Assembly: GCF_016026235.1 (NCBI RefSeq)
Contig: NZ_CP065613.1
Direction: 5' to 3' (one strand)
Source of the DNA: Escherichia coli
GTDB lineage: Bacteria > Pseudomonadota > Gammaproteobacteria > Enterobacterales > Enterobacteriaceae
DNA: 64,000 bases
The position numbers and the translations under genes are program-made. Of this stretch, positions 8,794 through 18,136 are shown piece by piece. Under the pieces are notes generated by a model. That model did not search any database. It was not told where the DNA came from and saw nothing but the letters and a program-made list of their open reading frames with translations. Positions within the stretch are counted from its first letter, which is position 1, and each line of letters starts with the position of its first letter.

Positions 8794-9216
8794 ATGGCGA
8801 AACCTTTTACTCCCGAACAGCGGGAAGAACTGAAGACGCGAATTGTGGAACTCGTGCATCAGGACGGTCGGGTCACGATTCGGCAGTTGTCAGATGAAAC
8901 AGGTATCAGTCGTGCGTCTGTCGGTCGCTTATGCATGGAACTGGTCGCAAGTGGTGATGTATATAATTCTGGCTACGGCTTATTCCCGTCTGAACAGGCT
9001 CGCAAGGACTGGCAAAGCGCCCGCAAAAAACTCTCGAGAGTAAAGGTGAGGAAACCGGTTGTTGTTGATCCGGACCTTATCTGGTCATTACCTGACGGAG
9101 AAATACGCCGCTACGACAGGCGCCTGAATATAATCTGTCGCGAGTGCCGGAAGAGCGAAGCTATGCAGCGTGTACTGGCTTTCTATCAGGGTAATTTTCA
9201 GGAGGCGATACTGTGA
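8794..9216 (+). CDS. hypothetical protein with probable winged-HTH N-terminus
   Basis: 140-aa ORF with an SD. RQLSDETGISRASVGRLCMELVASG looks HTH-like. Confidence 0.5.
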   Translation: MAKPFTPEQREELKTRIVELVHQDGRVTIRQLSDETGISRASVGRLCMELVASGDVYNSGYGLFPSEQARKDWQSARKKLSRVKVRKPVVVDPDLIWSLPDGEIRRYDRRLNIICRECRKSEAMQRVLAFYQGNFQEAIL

Positions 9217-9273
9217 ATGAAATTAGCTATCAGGCTTCAATTACCGCTGGCATTCGCATCAAAGGAGAGGAGC

Positions 9274-9630
9274 ATGGAAATAAAACCAGAAGATGAGTTA
9301 AGCAATATCGTTTTATTTCCGATAAAAGAGGATGACCCTCGTAATCAGGTTAATTTTCTTTATGAGCCATCGGAAAGACCATATTGCCATCACGCCTCTG
9401 TACGGGTTGACGAAAAAGAGCGTCAGGTCCGCTGTAAAATCTGCGGTGCGGTTGTGGAGCCGTTTGACTGGATGCTCTCTGTGGCAAAAAGAGAAACCAG
9501 ACTGGCAGATGATGTAAGGCTATTGCGCCAGGAGGAACAGGAAAGGCGGAGAAATATAGAAAAGCTGATACAGATTGAGCGTAACGCGAAAGCGCGGATA
9601 CGCAGGGCGACAAAATCCAGAACTGAATAA
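9274..9630 (+). CDS. hypothetical 118-aa protein (CxxC zinc-ribbon-like + coiled coil)
   Basis: ATG 9274 follows SD AAAGGAGAGG; the track start 9217 is less likely. Contains CHHASVRVDEKERQVRCKICG. Confidence 0.5.
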   Translation: MEIKPEDELSNIVLFPIKEDDPRNQVNFLYEPSERPYCHHASVRVDEKERQVRCKICGAVVEPFDWMLSVAKRETRLADDVRLLRQEEQERRRNIEKLIQIERNAKARIRRATKSRTE

Positions 9631-9777
9631 TTAAATTTAGCACTGTTAAAAATTTAATCCTTAACCGGAGGGATTTCTGCACCCTCAAATCATCAGGAGA
9701 CCGCCCGAAAGGGCGGGGAGCAGTCACACATCTGTTTCCGATAGCCCCGTTCTAATGCTACACTCTTTGATATTTTT

Positions 9778-10464
9778 ATGACCCCAATAAACATATTTAT
9801 GACAGTTGCTGATTTCAAACGGCCCAAATTGGAGCTCCCAAACGGGGCAAACAAACTACTACTGCACTCTTGCTGTGCTCCATGTTCCGGTGAGGTGATG
9901 GAGGCGCTTCAGGCCTCGGGAATCGACTACACCATCTTTTTCTACAACCCGAACATTCATCCTCAGAAAGAGTATTTAATTCGTAAGGATGAGAATATTC
10001 GCTTTGCTGAACAACACGGCGTGCCGTTTATTGATGCTGATTACGACACAGACAACTGGTTTGAACGAGCCAAAGGAATGGAATGGGAGCCCGAACGAGG
10101 GATCCGTTGCACCATGTGTTTTGACATGCGTTTTGAGCGGACAGCGCTGTACGCCGCTGAAAATGGTTTCAGTGTGATCAGCAGTTCACTGGGCATTTCA
10201 CGCTGGAAAAATATGCAGCAGGTTAACGACTGTGGGCGGCGAGCCGTCGCGCATTATCCGGGCATGGTGTACTGGGATTATAACTGGCGCAAGCAGGGCG
10301 GCTCGTCCCGTATGATTGAAATCAGCAAGCGCGAAAAATTCTATCAGCAGGAATATTGTGGCTGTGTGTATTCTCTGCGCGATACCAATCTACACCGCAA
10401 ATCTCAGGGACGCCCTCTTATCAAAATTGGTCAACTCCACTACGGTAAAGAAGAGAAGGAGTGA
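9778..10464 (+). CDS. queH: QueH-type epoxyqueuosine reductase (DUF208)
   Basis: 228 aa with HSCCAPCS and EYCGCVYS cysteine motifs and the overall DUF208 pattern, from memory. Confidence 0.75.
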   Translation: MTPINIFMTVADFKRPKLELPNGANKLLLHSCCAPCSGEVMEALQASGIDYTIFFYNPNIHPQKEYLIRKDENIRFAEQHGVPFIDADYDTDNWFERAKGMEWEPERGIRCTMCFDMRFERTALYAAENGFSVISSSLGISRWKNMQQVNDCGRRAVAHYPGMVYWDYNWRKQGGSSRMIEISKREKFYQQEYCGCVYSLRDTNLHRKSQGRPLIKIGQLHYGKEEKE

Positions 10465-10691
10465 TTTTATGGGGCACCTTTCTGATTGATTTCATATTGG
10501 CGAGGTAAGTAGAATGACTGCGGGTGCTTGAGGCTATCTGCTTCAGGCATGAACACCAAAAGGCAGATAGAGAAAAGCCCCAGTTAACATTACGCGTCCG
10601 GCAAGACGCTTAACATTAATCTGAGGCCAATTTCATGCTTTGCACATGTAGGTTAGCCTCTTACATGCCGAAAGGCAAGGAGAAGCAGGCT

Positions 10692-10847
10692 ATGAAGCAG
10701 CAAAAGGCGATGTTAATCGCCCTGATCGTCATCTGTTTAACCGTCATAGTGACGGCACTGGTAACGAGGAAAGACCTCTGTGAGGTACGAATCCGAACCG
10801 GCCAGACGGAGGTCGCTGTCTTCGTAGACTACGAATCCAGGAAGTAA
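10692..10847 (+). CDS. hok: Hok/Gef-family type I membrane toxin (in-frame upstream extension from 10635 corresponds to Mok)
   Basis: MKQQKAMLIALIVICLTVIVTALVTRKDLCEVRIRTGQTEVAVFVDYESRK (51 aa). The 70-aa track ORF mirrors MokC/HokC organisation. I did not map the Sok antisense RNA. Confidence 0.85.
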   Translation: MKQQKAMLIALIVICLTVIVTALVTRKDLCEVRIRTGQTEVAVFVDYESRK

Positions 10848-10922
10848 GAGTGACCGGGCGGGGAGCTGATCCCATCCCCGCCCACCTCTGATGTGTCAGG
10901 CATCCTCAACGCACCCGCACTT

Positions 10923-10968
10923 AACCCGCCCATCGCTGTGATCTCTCAGCGTTTCGGCGGGTTTTTTG
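10923..10968 (+). terminator. hok mRNA 3' stem-loop / intrinsic terminator
   Basis: CCCGCC (10925-10930) pairs with GGCGGG (10956-10961). There is an inner CGCTG/CAGCG stem, followed by TTTTTT. Confidence 0.6.
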
Positions 10969-11096
10969 TTGTTTATTTCCGGTGAATTTGATTCGCGCAC
11001 CTTCGCAGATAGAATCGACTCACTTAAGTAGCGCGCAGGGAGAAGAGGGATGGACCCCGAACAGGGGAGAGCTATTTATCTGGAAGGATTCTGAAG

Positions 11097-11384
11097 ATGA
11101 AAATCGAAGAATTGCGTGAAATTTTTAGTGAAAATGGCCTCTATGCTGTGCGCGTTGAGAATGGAGCGATTGTCAGCCATTGCCGCATTAGATGTTTGCA
11201 ATCTCAACAAAGGAAGAGCGGTGCTGTGTTATTTTATTTTTGTAATGGACTTCTGACGGACGGTTTTATTTTGCGTGAGGACGAATTTGTCACATCATTA
11301 CGGGTTTTGAAAGAGATTGGTTTTAAGGCTGGTTTTCTGCTTTTGCTGAAGAATAAACTCATCTACAATCTTGAGCAGGATTGA
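11097..11384 (+). CDS. hypothetical 95-aa protein
   Basis: ORF only; no family recognised. Confidence 0.4.
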   Translation: MKIEELREIFSENGLYAVRVENGAIVSHCRIRCLQSQQRKSGAVLFYFCNGLLTDGFILREDEFVTSLRVLKEIGFKAGFLLLLKNKLIYNLEQD

Positions 11385-11422
11385 ACTCCTGCTGTGTAAC
11401 ACCGTGCCACCGGAGAAAGCCG

Positions 11423-12022
11423 ATGGCACATATACAACTGGTCAAACAAACCTCTTCCGGATTACTTCTCCCGGCGACGCCGGAGAGTTGCGATTTTCTG
11501 CATCAAATCAAAATAGGTGAGTGGATACACGCAGACTTTAAGCGTGTGCGTAACTACGCATTCCACAAGCGTTTTTTCAAACTCCTGCAACTGGGTTTCG
11601 ATTACTGGACTCCGGTCGGTGGGGCGATCACGCCTCGCGAACGAAAACTGGTGTCCGGTTTCGTTGATTACCTGTGTGAATCAGTAGGCCGGGAACATAC
11701 GCCAGCTCTGAGCGAAGCCGCAGAGCAATATCTGAATACAGTTGCGACACGCAGAACCCGTGATACGGCATTGCTAAAGTCGTTTGAGGCTTTCCGCGAG
11801 TGGGTAGCCATTCAGGCCGGATTTTACACCGAGCATTTTTATCCGGACGGTAGCCGTGGGTGTCGGGCGAAATCTATCGCGTTTGCGAATATGGACGAAA
11901 CCGAGTTTCAGCAGGTTTATAAATCTGTACTGAATGTGCTGTGGAACTGGATTCTGTTCCGTAAATTTTCCTCTCCGGAACAAGTCGAAAATGTGGCCGC
12001 GCAGCTGCTGGAGTTTGCGTAA
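11423..12022 (+). CDS. DUF1367-family nin-region protein
   Basis: ATG 11423 follows SD GGAGAAAG. MAHIQLVKQTSSGLLLPATPESCDFL... Family assignment from memory. Confidence 0.65.
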   Translation: MAHIQLVKQTSSGLLLPATPESCDFLHQIKIGEWIHADFKRVRNYAFHKRFFKLLQLGFDYWTPVGGAITPRERKLVSGFVDYLCESVGREHTPALSEAAEQYLNTVATRRTRDTALLKSFEAFREWVAIQAGFYTEHFYPDGSRGCRAKSIAFANMDETEFQQVYKSVLNVLWNWILFRKFSSPEQVENVAAQLLEFA

Positions 12023-12312
12023 TGGTGGATTTACTTAAAGCGGCGCGGGGGCAGATGTGCACCGTCAGAATTCCTGGCTACTGCAATCACGATCCGGAAA
12101 CGTCTGTGCTGGCGCATTACCGACTGGCGGGAACGTGCGGAACAGCGATAAAGCCACACGATATGCAGGCAGCGATTGCCTGTAGCTCGTGCCACGATTT
12201 AATCGACGGGCGGGTAAAAACCAGCGATTACACCAAAGAAGAATTACGCCTGATGCATGCAGAAGGTGTTTTTCGCACACAAGAAATCTGGAGAAAGGAG
12301 GGATATTTATGA
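12022..12312 (+). CDS. DUF1364 / YbcO-like putative nuclease
   Basis: 96 aa with a Cys/His pattern (CTVRIPGYCNHDPE...ACSSCHDLIDG). Start overlaps the upstream stop (TAATG). Confidence 0.7.
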   Translation: MVDLLKAARGQMCTVRIPGYCNHDPETSVLAHYRLAGTCGTAIKPHDMQAAIACSSCHDLIDGRVKTSDYTKEELRLMHAEGVFRTQEIWRKEGYL

Positions 12313-12863
12313 TTTACCCAACGAATACAGGAAAAAGCGGAGAACACCTTCGTCTCACCACGCTGGAAAGTGTCTGGATTCAGGGAAAACTACGTATGTG
12401 GGGGCGCTGGTCGTATATTGGTGGCGGTAAGACGGGGAATATGTTTAACCTGATGTTGACCTCTAAAAAGCTGACAAAAACGGCAATTAACGAGGCGCTC
12501 CGGAGGATGAAAAAAGCAGGTCTGAACAAGTCTGAACTTGAGGCTTTTTTGCGGGATATGATTAACGGTAAGCAAAAGAGCTGGCTGGCGCATTGTACTG
12601 ATGCAGAGGCGTTATGTATTGATCGGGTCATAAGTGAGGTGCTGGCAGAGCATCCAGGATTGATTAGCGTCCTTCGGCAACGGTATGAGGGGCGGGGGAT
12701 GACCAAACGCAAAATGGCTGAACTGCTGAATGATGCACACCCGAAATGGAGTTTAAGAACCTGTGAAAGACGCATTGAGCATTGGCTAAAGGTGGCAGAA
12801 TTTATTTTGTACAAACCAATGGTTATGGCTTTTGGTATAGAGAAAAAAGTTATTGCTTTTTGA
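12309..12863 (+). CDS. putative late-gene antiterminator (Q-position protein)
   Basis: 184 aa. ATG 12309 overlaps the upstream stop. Located immediately upstream of a short terminated leader, the tRNAs and the lysis genes. The call rests on position plus vague family memory; it is not lambda Q. Confidence 0.5.
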   Translation: MIYPTNTGKSGEHLRLTTLESVWIQGKLRMWGRWSYIGGGKTGNMFNLMLTSKKLTKTAINEALRRMKKAGLNKSELEAFLRDMINGKQKSWLAHCTDAEALCIDRVISEVLAEHPGLISVLRQRYEGRGMTKRKMAELLNDAHPKWSLRTCERRIEHWLKVAEFILYKPMVMAFGIEKKVIAF

Positions 12864-12940
12864 CGTAAAAACTGCTTCAATTCTTGTACGCTTCGCAAAG
12901 CTGTACCGCGAGGCGAATAGCAGACATGGACATTTGAAAG

Positions 12941-12965
12941 AGCCCGCTTTATGCGGGTTTTTTTA
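12941..12965 (+). terminator. intrinsic terminator just downstream of the Q-like gene (tR'-like)
   Basis: CCCGC (12943-12947), loop TTTAT, GCGGG (12953-12957), then a T-run. I could not identify a convincing pR'. Confidence 0.6.
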
Positions 12966-13052
12966 TACCTGAAAAACGGCACAGGACGTTAAACGTGCTG
13001 GTGGTCAGATGAGTTTGCAGATGTGATGACATATGGTTATTATTCTGCCTCC

Positions 13053-13129
13053 GGCCCTTTAGCTCAGTTGGTCAGAGCGAGCGACTCATAATCGCCAGGT
13101 CGCTGGTTCAAGTCCAGCAAGGGCCACCA
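13053..13129 (+). tRNA. ileZ: tRNA with CAU anticodon, ileX/ileZ-like (tRNA-Ile2, lysidine-dependent, AUA) rather than Met
   Basis: 77 nt. Acceptor GGCCCTT/AAGGGCC, anticodon loop CTCATAA, T-loop GGTTCAAGTCC, encoded CCA. The body resembles E. coli ileX from memory. Confidence 0.85.
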
Positions 13130-13130
13130 A

Positions 13131-13207
13131 CCACCACTAGCTCATCCGGATAGAGCATCAACCTTCTAAGTTGACGGTGCGAGGTTCGAGTCCTCGGTGG
13201 TGGGCCA
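13131..13207 (+). tRNA. argN: tRNA-Arg (UCU; AGA/AGG)
   Basis: 77 nt. Acceptor CCACCAC/GTGGTGG, D-arm GCTC/GAGC, anticodon stem TCAAC/GTTGA with loop CTTCTAA, T-arm CGAGG-TTCGAGT-CCTCG, then G-CCA. Confidence 0.9.
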
Positions 13208-13209
13208 GC

Positions 13210-13285
<76 letters not shown>

Positions 13286-13288
13286 TAT

Positions 13289-13363
<75 letters not shown>

Positions 13364-13976
13364 GCGAGATTTGAGACGAAGGTTGTTATTTGCACTGACA
13401 CAATATTGTGTGGGAATGTCTGACTCCTTACCATCTCCTGTTCTGTGATGTTGTTTTGTTGCAGTTCCAGTGCTCTTTTTTCAGCACCAGAATGGTGCAT
13501 TGTCGGTCAGGTTACGTAGTGAACCTCTGGCAGGGGACTGATAATGCATCATTCTGGTGTTGTAAATATCTCTTCGGACAACTTACAAAATATTCTAAGC
13601 AAACCCCGGGAACACACTCTTAACTGCCTTGGCTGGCGGTTTTTTGTACAGTGCTCGGTATGTGTGAGCTGGAAATCAGATTTTGCATGGACTGGAATCA
13701 TGCTGTTATTTAGGGGCGAAGAACTGGCTTTTTCTTCCGCCTTCTCACCAGTAATGATTAGAAAAATAATGAAATGCCCCCTCCGGGGAGGAGGACCGTA
13801 GAAAAAAGGACCCGCCAGCAAAAACATTGGGGATGAACAGCTTTCGCTACTCAGATTGCTGGCGGGTAAAGTTCCTCATGAATTAAGAATGCTACGCGAT
13901 CTTTTTTAATGGAAATGAAAATTATTGTCAATTAGACGTGCGTGTTTTTTCATACAATATTGGTAAAGGTGATTCA

Positions 13977-14007
13977 GGCCATCAGAGTTTTGCTGATGGC
14001 CTTTTTT
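13977..14007 (+). terminator. strong intrinsic terminator immediately upstream of the lysis cassette
   Basis: GGCCATCAG-agttttg-CTGATGGCC followed by TTTTTT. Confidence 0.7.
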
Positions 14008-14042
14008 CTTTCCGATAGCACAGGTCTGTCGGGGGGCGGGAT

Positions 14043-14258
14043 ATGTATCAGATGGAAAAAATATCAACAGGCATTGCCTACGGCACCTCCGCCGGCAGTG
14101 CCGGCTACTGGTTTTTGCAGTGGTTGGATCAGGTCAGTCCATCACAGTGGGCTGCGATTGGTGTGCTGGGAAGTCTGCTTCTGGGGCTTCTGACTTATCT
14201 GACGAATCTGTATTTCAAAATAAGAGAAGATAAGCGTAAGGCTGCGAGAGGTGAATAA
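14043..14258 (+). CDS. S: phage-21-type pinholin (S21-like), dual-start M1/M4
   Basis: 71 aa. [38 protein letters not shown]...[13 protein letters not shown] is near-identical to S21 from memory. Confidence 0.85.
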   Translation: MYQMEKISTGIAYGTSAGSAGYWFLQWLDQVSPSQWAAIGVLGSLLLGLLTYLTNLYFKIREDKRKAARGE

Positions 14259-14755
14259 TGTCGCCATCATTACGCAAGGCTGTTGCAGTTGCTATTGGTG
14301 GCGGGGCTGTTGCTATAGCATCTGTGTTAATCACTGGCCCAGGTGGTAACGATGGTCTGGAAGGTGTCAGCTACATACCATACAAAGATATCATTGGTGT
14401 ATGGACTGTATGTCACGGACACACCGGAAAAGACATCATGCCTGGTAAAACGTATACCGAAGCAGAATGCAAAGCTCTCCTGAATAAAGACCTTGCCACT
14501 GTCGCCAGACAAATTAACCCGTACATCAAAGTCGATATACCGGAAACAACGCGCGGCGCTCTTTACTCGTTCGTTTACAACGTGGGCGCTGGCAATTTCA
14601 GAACATCGACGCTTCTTCGCAAAATAAACCAGGGCGATATCAAAGGCGCATGTGACCAGCTACGTCGCTGGACATATGCTGGCGGTAAGCAATGGAAAGG
14701 GCTGATGACCCGTCGTGAGATTGAGCGTGAAGTCTGTTTGTGGGGGCAGCAATGA
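14258..14755 (+). CDS. R: SAR endolysin (R21-like lysozyme)
   Basis: 165 aa with an N-terminal signal-anchor-release segment [20 protein letters not shown]. The remainder matches R21 from memory. Confidence 0.85.
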   Translation: MSPSLRKAVAVAIGGGAVAIASVLITGPGGNDGLEGVSYIPYKDIIGVWTVCHGHTGKDIMPGKTYTEAECKALLNKDLATVARQINPYIKVDIPETTRGALYSFVYNVGAGNFRTSTLLRKINQGDIKGACDQLRRWTYAGGKQWKGLMTRREIEREVCLWGQQ

Positions 14756-15222
14756 GCAGAGTCACCGCGATTATCTCCGCTCTGGTTATCTGCATCATCG
14801 TCTGCCTGTCATGGGCTGTTAATCATTACCGTGATAACGCCATTACCTACAAAGAGCAGCGCGACAAAAACGCAAGAGAACTGAAGCTGGCGAACGCAAC
14901 CATTACTGACATGCAGCAGCGCCAGCGTGCTGCTGATGCACTCGATGCTAAATACACGAAGGAGTTAGCCAATGCGAAAGCTGAAAATGATGCTCTTCGG
15001 CGCAAGCTTGATAATGGTGGTTGGGTGCTCGTCAAAGGAAAATGCCCTGTGCCATCCTCAGCCGAAACCTCCAGCGCCTCCGGCATGGGCAATGATGCCA
15101 CCGTCGAACTCTCTCCAGTTGCTGGACGAAACGTTCTCGGTATCCGGGACGGAATCATCAGCGACCAGACAGCATTGAGAATGCTTCAGGAGTACATCAG
15201 GATCCAATGCCTTGGGGGGTAG
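14752..15222 (+). CDS. Rz: i-spanin Rz
   Basis: ATGA overlap with the R stop. N-terminal TMD ([18 protein letters not shown]) plus a coiled-coil periplasmic domain. Confidence 0.8.
   Translation: MSRVTAIISALVICIIVCLSWAVNHYRDNAITYKEQRDKNARELKLANATITDMQQRQRAADALDAKYTKELANAKAENDALRRKLDNGGWVLVKGKCPVPSSAETSSASGMGNDATVELSPVAGRNVLGIRDGIISDQTALRMLQEYIRIQCLGG
14972..15178 (+). CDS. Rz1: o-spanin Rz1 (lipoprotein) embedded in Rz in the +1 frame
   Basis: Signal sequence plus lipobox LIMVVGC, a Pro-rich mature part ([11 protein letters not shown]), fully inside Rz. Confidence 0.7.
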   Translation: MRKLKMMLFGASLIMVVGCSSKENALCHPQPKPPAPPAWAMMPPSNSLQLLDETFSVSGTESSATRQH

Positions 15223-15310
15223 CGGTAATTTTACTCATTATCCTTCAAATCAGATTCTGTTGTCAGAGGAATGGGGGAAGCTGGATTCGCAAGAGCTTTT
15301 TATGGGCAGT

Positions 15311-15820
15311 TTAGCTAAAAAAAGGCAACACGAAGCTAAAACTACCAACATAAAGTGCTGACCAGCTAGCAGCTGAAATCAGACTCACTGTATACACTTT
15401 CACTGGATGAAGTTGCAACATTCCTGCCACCAAAGGAGCAATATAACGCAGCACGGCGATAAAGCGCGAAGTGAAAAGTATTGACACAGAGTTATTTTGC
15501 AACTGAAGGCGAACCCGTTCTATTGTATTGGAACGGCTCGATATTATACATGCAAGTTGAGGGATATGCCCAATTATTATACCAAGATGGTAATTAACGA
15601 TAGTACCGCACCATGCGCCACTCATGACCGTGATTCCAGCTTCCCATGGTGAAAGAGTCGTCTTGCTGACTGTAATTACAGTGGCCATCATAATTGATGC
15701 TGGTGGCAATATCGCCGAAATGAGTAAAGTGGATTTTGTGAACGCTATTATAAAAAGAAGCCCCCATAGGCGATATGGATGAAGTACAAAATAGTTCATC
15801 AAAGCATTTATCCACTCCAT
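15311..15820 (-). CDS. DedA/SNARE-associated-family inner-membrane protein (moron on opposite strand)
   Basis: 169 aa from ATG 15820 (SD AAGGAAAG), with several TMDs. SRFIAVLRYIAPLVAGMLQLHP resembles the DedA signature. AT-rich relative to its neighbours by eye. Confidence 0.6.
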   Translation of the reverse strand: MEWINALMNYFVLHPYRLWGLLFIIAFTKSTLLISAILPPASIMMATVITVSKTTLSPWEAGITVMSGAWCGTIVNYHLGIIIGHIPQLACIISSRSNTIERVRLQLQNNSVSILFTSRFIAVLRYIAPLVAGMLQLHPVKVYTVSLISAASWSALYVGSFSFVLPFFS

Positions 15821-16017
15821 CAATGTCTTTCCTTCTGTGAATTTTTCTTTGCTATTTAACCGTGATACGACTTAATTTAGGCTTAAACACCTTACATTTA
15901 CAAGGTACTCCTGTGGGGGGCCCTGCCACGGAGCGTCGCAGGAGTGAGTGATGAGGAAGAATTAAAGCAACCTATTGTGACAGGCAGCGATAACAGTAAA
16001 TCACAGGAAGCATAATC

Positions 16018-16782
16018 ATGGCAAAACCGGACTGGGAGGCCATCGAATCGGCATACCGGGCCGGAGTCCTTAGCCTCCGTGATATAGGCGAGAAATACGG
16101 CGTTACAGAAGGGGCTATCAGGAAGAGGGCCAAAAAGCTTGGTTGGGCACGCAGTGGCGGTACGCAGGTTTGCAAAAATGGTACGCAAAAAAGGAAAGTG
16201 CGTACCAGCAGAAAGCCTGCCATTACTGGCCTTACACAAAAAAGTACGCAACTAAAAACAGAATCTACACCGGATACGAAACCGATACGCGGAATGCGTA
16301 CCGATCCCCCGACTAACCCATTCCAACCCGGTAACCAGCAGGCATTAAAACACGGTGGTTATGCCCGTCGCCTTCTGCTCAAAGATGAGGTGATAGAGGA
16401 CGCTAAAGCGTTGACGCTCGAGGACGAATTATTTCGCCTTCGTGCTAACAACCTTGTCGCTGCAGAGAATATTGGCCGGTGGTTGGTGTCGCTGGAAGAT
16501 GCTAATGGGGACCAGGAAAGGAAGATGCTGATTGAAAATATCAGCGCCGCCGAGAAAGCAATGATGCGCAATACAGTTCGTATTGAGTCCATCGTTGGCA
16601 CGCTTGCGACGGTAGGAAAAATATTTGCTGATACAGCCTACCGCAAGGCCGCCACTGATAAGGTGTCTCTGGAGGCTGATCGTCTTCGCCGTGATGCAGG
16701 TATTGATGATGGCAATGGAGAGCGTGACCTCAATGACTTCTACTCTGACATCCAAACCGACGCTGAATCCGGCTTTACGTAG
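16018..16782 (+). CDS. terS: terminase small subunit
   Basis: N-terminal HTH (LSLRDIGEKYGVTEGAIRKRAKKLGW), located directly upstream of the large subunit. Confidence 0.7.
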   Translation: MAKPDWEAIESAYRAGVLSLRDIGEKYGVTEGAIRKRAKKLGWARSGGTQVCKNGTQKRKVRTSRKPAITGLTQKSTQLKTESTPDTKPIRGMRTDPPTNPFQPGNQQALKHGGYARRLLLKDEVIEDAKALTLEDELFRLRANNLVAAENIGRWLVSLEDANGDQERKMLIENISAAEKAMMRNTVRIESIVGTLATVGKIFADTAYRKAATDKVSLEADRLRRDAGIDDGNGERDLNDFYSDIQTDAESGFT

Positions 16783-18136
16783 TTTCTGGACTATGCGGGC
16801 ACGTAACAAAGTGCTTTATGGTGGTCGGTCATCGTCAAAATCATGGGATGCCGCTGGCATTGCCATATTTCTGTCGAATAAATACACCCTGCGTTTTTGT
16901 TGTGCCCGTCAGATCCAGAATAAAATCGAAGAGTCGGTGTATACCCTGCTCAAAATTCAGATAGACAGGTTTGGTCTGCGGCACCGTTTCCGTATTCTGA
17001 ACAACAAAATCATAAACCGGGTTACTGGCTCGGAATTTGTTTTTTATGGATTATGGCGCAACATCGAAGAAATTAAGTCACTGGAGGGGATCGATGTGTT
17101 GTGGCTGGAAGAAGCCCACGCACTGACGGAATACCAGTGGAAAATTCTGGAGCCAACGATCCGTAAAGAGGGTTCGGAATGCTGGTTCATATTCAACCCC
17201 GGACTTGTTACTGATTTCGTCTGGCGCAACTTCGTTGTTGATCCGCCCGAAGGCACTCTCATCCGCAAAATTAACTATGACGAAAATCCGTTTCTGTCTG
17301 ACACCATGCTTAAGGTTATCGACGCGGCGCGACGCCGTGATCCGGATGGTTTTAAACATGTGTATGAGGGCGTTCCGGAGTCTGATGATGATGCGGCAAT
17401 CATCAAACTGTCTTGGATAGAAGCCGCAGTGGATGCGCACAAAACGTTAAATTTCGAACCCAGTGGAAGAAAGCGTATTGGCTTTGACGTGGCTGACAGT
17501 GGTACAGATAAGTGCGCTAACGTTTACCGTCACGGATCCGTTGTTTTCTGGGCCGACGAATGGAAGGCCAAAGAAGATGAATTACTGAAGAGCTGCCAGC
17601 GTACTTATCAGGCGGCGCTGGAGCGTGAAGCAGATATTGTTTACGACTCTATCGGTGTTGGTGCGTCTGCCGGTGCTAAATTCTCTGAAATTAACGCTGA
17701 CCGGAAGAGCGAGAACGCATACGCGCGACGTGTGAATTACCAGAGGTTTAACGCCGGTGCTGGTGTGCATGAGCCAGATGACGAGTACAACGGCATCCCC
17801 AACAAAGACTTTTTCGCAAATCTTAAGGCTCAGGCATGGTGGCTGGTGGCTGACCGTTTCAGAAATACGTTTAACGCCATTAACAACGGAGAACAGTATC
17901 CTGTGGATGAGCTGATCAGCATAGATTCTCGTTGTCCGTTGCTTGAAAAGCTGAAACTGGAACTGACAACACCTCATCGTGATTTCGACCGTAACGGACG
18001 TGTGATGGTCGAAAGTAAAAAAGCCCTCGCAAAACGCGAGATACCGTCACCAAACGTTGCTGATGCATTCATTATGGCCTTCGCGCCAATCGATACATCG
18101 CTGGATATCTGGGAACAGCTGGGGAGACAGGCCTGA
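16733..18136 (+). CDS. terL: terminase large subunit (PBSX/Terminase_3-like)
   Basis: Walker-A-like GGRSSSKSWD and nuclease-domain acidic motifs. The start is uncertain (16715/16733); the track start 16625 overlaps terS too far. Confidence 0.8.
   Translation: MTSTLTSKPTLNPALRSFWTMRARNKVLYGGRSSSKSWDAAGIAIFLSNKYTLRFCCARQIQNKIEESVYTLLKIQIDRFGLRHRFRILNNKIINRVTGSEFVFYGLWRNIEEIKSLEGIDVLWLEEAHALTEYQWKILEPTIRKEGSECWFIFNPGLVTDFVWRNFVVDPPEGTLIRKINYDENPFLSDTMLKVIDAARRRDPDGFKHVYEGVPESDDDAAIIKLSWIEAAVDAHKTLNFEPSGRKRIGFDVADSGTDKCANVYRHGSVVFWADEWKAKEDELLKSCQRTYQAALEREADIVYDSIGVGASAGAKFSEINADRKSENAYARRVNYQRFNAGAGVHEPDDEYNGIPNKDFFANLKAQAWWLVADRFRNTFNAINNGEQYPVDELISIDSRCPLLEKLKLELTTPHRDFDRNGRVMVESKKALAKREIPSPNVADAFIMAFAPIDTSLDIWEQLGRQA

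Noticed and set aside
10585-10660. Sok-type antisense RNA gene for the hok locus
   Set aside because: It is expected from family knowledge, and a hairpin (GCGTC-ttgcc-GGACGC on the minus strand) is present. However, I could not define a promoter or ends from sequence alone, so it is not reported as a feature.
12860-12892. Candidate late promoter pR' (TTGACG at 12860-12865) downstream of the Q-like gene
   Set aside because: No acceptable -10 hexamer lies at 16-18-bp spacing (CTTGTA/TTGTAC). Left unannotated, although the downstream terminator suggests a short leader transcript exists.
13364-14042. Search for stxA/stxB or other toxin cargo downstream of the Q-tRNA region
   Set aside because: No ORF of appropriate size or sequence is present; only short overlapping ORFs and hairpins.
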